In this document: in pieces, positions 61,979 through 64,000 of the stretch
How the letters are laid out: each line of letters begins with the position of its first letter
Position numbering within the stretch: position 1 is the stretch's first letter
Assembly: GCA_973895155.1 (NCBI GenBank)
Contig: OZ316894.1
Span: forward strand, 13,573,580-13,637,579
Reading direction: 5' to 3'
From: Marsupella aquatica
Lineage: Eukaryota; Plantae; Marchantiophyta
Length of the DNA: 64,000 nucleotides
The notes under the pieces: generated by a model
Told to the model about the DNA's origin: nothing
What the model saw: only the letters and a program-made list of their open reading frames with translations
Databases searched by the model: none
Made by a program: the position numbers and the translations under genes

Positions 61979-63364
61979 CTCTACCCAGCCTCTGACATGA
62001 ACCCTTTGATTAACCGTGTCCATTGATCCAATTCCAATGATGGGGGTGGTGGCATTCTCCTGTTAGAACCATTGTCTATCCACATCCTTTTCAACCTATG
62101 CCTCTCTTGTTTCAAAATCCTCATTGCATAATCTGATATGCAATCTTCAACTGGGCCCTTACCATCATTACCAACATAGTCCCACCGTTCAAGAATGTCC
62201 TTACAGATAGCAGCCCAATCAGCTTTGTTCTGACTCCTAAACTCTGTAATGCTCAAATCTAACCAACGCAATACTTCTCCTCTTAGGTCAGAATGCCAAC
62301 GGTTCTTACCATCACATGTGGGAGTTATCCAACCATCGGAATTCACTTCTACTTTACCAAATTTGTTACTGTCTCCTACCTTGGTACTCCCTGAAGCGCT
62401 ACTAGGTGTCCCTCCATGGCCTGGTGTCCCCCCACGGCCTGGGGTCCCTCCACGGCCTGATCTCCCCCCACGGCCTGGATTGCATTGTCCAAACCTCCCT
62501 GGAGTCCCTGCACATTTACAGGATCCATTAGGTAAGTATGAATCATAAATCCTGCTGCCAAATATACACTGGACTTCAGAGCAATTCTGCAATGACCAAG
62601 TTACCTCTCCCTTGGCGCATAGATGGTTCTAGACCACCTGTCCTATTGCTTTGTCTTGATGAATTAGGGCCGTTTCTCCCGCCTATGAATGATTGCCTCC
62701 TATCTGAACGTGGATGGCCTTTGTTGTTTTTGTGATTGTCCCAATCAGAGTCTGCATACCAACAGGTACATGCCACACTCATGGACCTGTAAGATAAACT
62801 CTTTGCCCTAGCTACACATCAGATAAGTCCAGATTGAGCTAAATCTCTACTACCATCACAAAATCACTAGCACAAGGCACTTACTTTTCCAATCATCCTC
62901 CTCACCTTTCCATTGCCCTCTGTACCCGTCTCTACCACGCTCTGGGTGTTCATATTCATCCCATCCATCTTCTGCTCCATCATAGTCATCATCATAATTA
63001 TCAGGCGTCCCTTGCCAATAACTCTGGCTCCTTCTAGGGTATGGATTATGTGATTTCTCTCTAGCTGCCCACCTACCTAGGACTTGATGAGGGCCCTGTG
63101 CATCCTGCACAGGTGCATTTTTCTGTGAGCCCCCTGCATCTGGGTCTCCATCCATATCCAATCTTTCCTCTTCACCCCACTCTCCAAGCCCCATGTCTGT
63201 CTCCATGTCATCACCCTCTTCCCCCATAGCTTCTGCACAGCACCCACAACCAAACAGGGAGAATCAGCACACTAAATTCAAAGTATCAATCAATTTCATG
63301 CATATCCAACTATCCTAAACATCATTCCAGGCAGCAATTCCCGTTCTGTGACTCTGTGCAGGTA

Positions 63365-64000
63365 GTCATCCTCATACTTGTCAATCGCCAGTTGTTGCCT
63401 ATTGCACATCATCAACCTCATCATATTCCATCTCCCCAGGTTCATCATATGTCTCTCAATGTTAAGGGGATGTAGTCAGTCCCCGCCCGAGTTGGAAGTA
63501 CAGTCTCGTGACTAGGATGCTCGAATGCAGCATGGTCATCCAAACTGAACTCTACTTTACTTCCATCCATCCGCCTGTTCCGTGCTTGGCTATGGCATAC
63601 CACCCTCCAGCCATGTGACTCCTCCACATCTGCAAAGAAAGCCTGTTCAACTTGGCTAGGGAAAACAAAAGGCTCAGACCATTCTGGTACTCTGGACCTA
63701 AAATTGGCCAACAAGAACCCATCATGATCACGCTTCATGGTGGCCCTTGGTCTCTGCCACTCTGATTTCACCCATGATCCCTTCATCAATATCACTGGGA
63801 CACTTGTGTTACCATAATTCAACACCCAAATGTCGGTCAACTCCCCCACGTAACCCATCTTCATCCACCCCCTCTGTTCTTCAGAGGTTCTCTGCTCAAA
63901 CACAAAAATCAAACCACAATCATATGATACACAATGGTCACCCTGCTCATCCCTCACTCGATAATGATTTCCATAAGCTCTCATCCGTTTGTAGGTCAGA
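63365..64000 (-). pseudogene. CACTA-3 transposase C-terminus (DUF4216-like)
   Basis: YKRMRAYGNHYRV..GYVGELTDIWVLNYG..MKGSWVK..EPFVFPSQVEQAFF, closely similar to CACTA-2 23272-23916. Confidence 0.92.

Larger units (their letters stand above)
57602..63227 (-). pseudogene. CACTA-3 ORF2 / TnpA-like multi-exon gene, split by a solo LTR
   Basis: GKNRWHSDLRGEVLRWLD, QWTRL..SEAG | QSKSELMSNARGKVKHLSQAGRGSY joins across the 59511-61978 insertion. C-terminal VCVGTGIL..FHGKVV..LPF..LWP. Confidence 0.78.
52100..64000 (-). mobile_element. CACTA-3 (left end in window, continues beyond 64000)
   Basis: Starts CACTAGTAGAAACCGGG at 52100. GACT/AGTC-rich subterminal region (52140-52300, 56945-57130). ORF2 and transposase C-terminus are homologous to CACTA-2. 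Confidence 0.88.

Noticed and set aside
62400-62480. 18-bp tandem repeat encoding GRGGTP
   Set aside because: Ordinary low-complexity expansion in CACTA ORF2.

Overview
Plant-type heterochromatic window made almost entirely of nested transposable elements; I found no recognisable host gene, tRNA or rRNA. Reconstructed nesting from TSDs and termini: (1) a Ty3/gypsy pol remnant (1690-2400), then L1-type LINE-A (minus, ~2401-19770). LINE-A carries a short TSD-flanked retroposed insert in its 3' UTR and a complete CACTA-1 (5255-15243, TSD AAT) in its RT. (2) CACTA-2 (minus, ~19800-27730), interrupted by LINE-B. LINE-B hosts a Bianca-like copia (30977-36471, TSD GTCTT), a full gypsy with 4.6-kb LTRs (36824-52080, TSD AAGAC) and CACTA-3 (from 52100, running off the window). 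CACTA-3 holds two solo LTRs (52305-56940 and 59511-61978). Most notable: (a) CACTA-1 encodes a SET-domain exon that can share a Cys/His N-terminal exon with the transposase by alternative splicing, next to a telomere-like repeat array. (b) The gypsy LTRs, including a solo LTR, each encode a ~1,100-1,200 aa protein. (c) CACTA-2 carries a BRCT-domain ORF in the equivalent position upstream of its transposase. All domain calls are by eye from motifs; no database searches were run.
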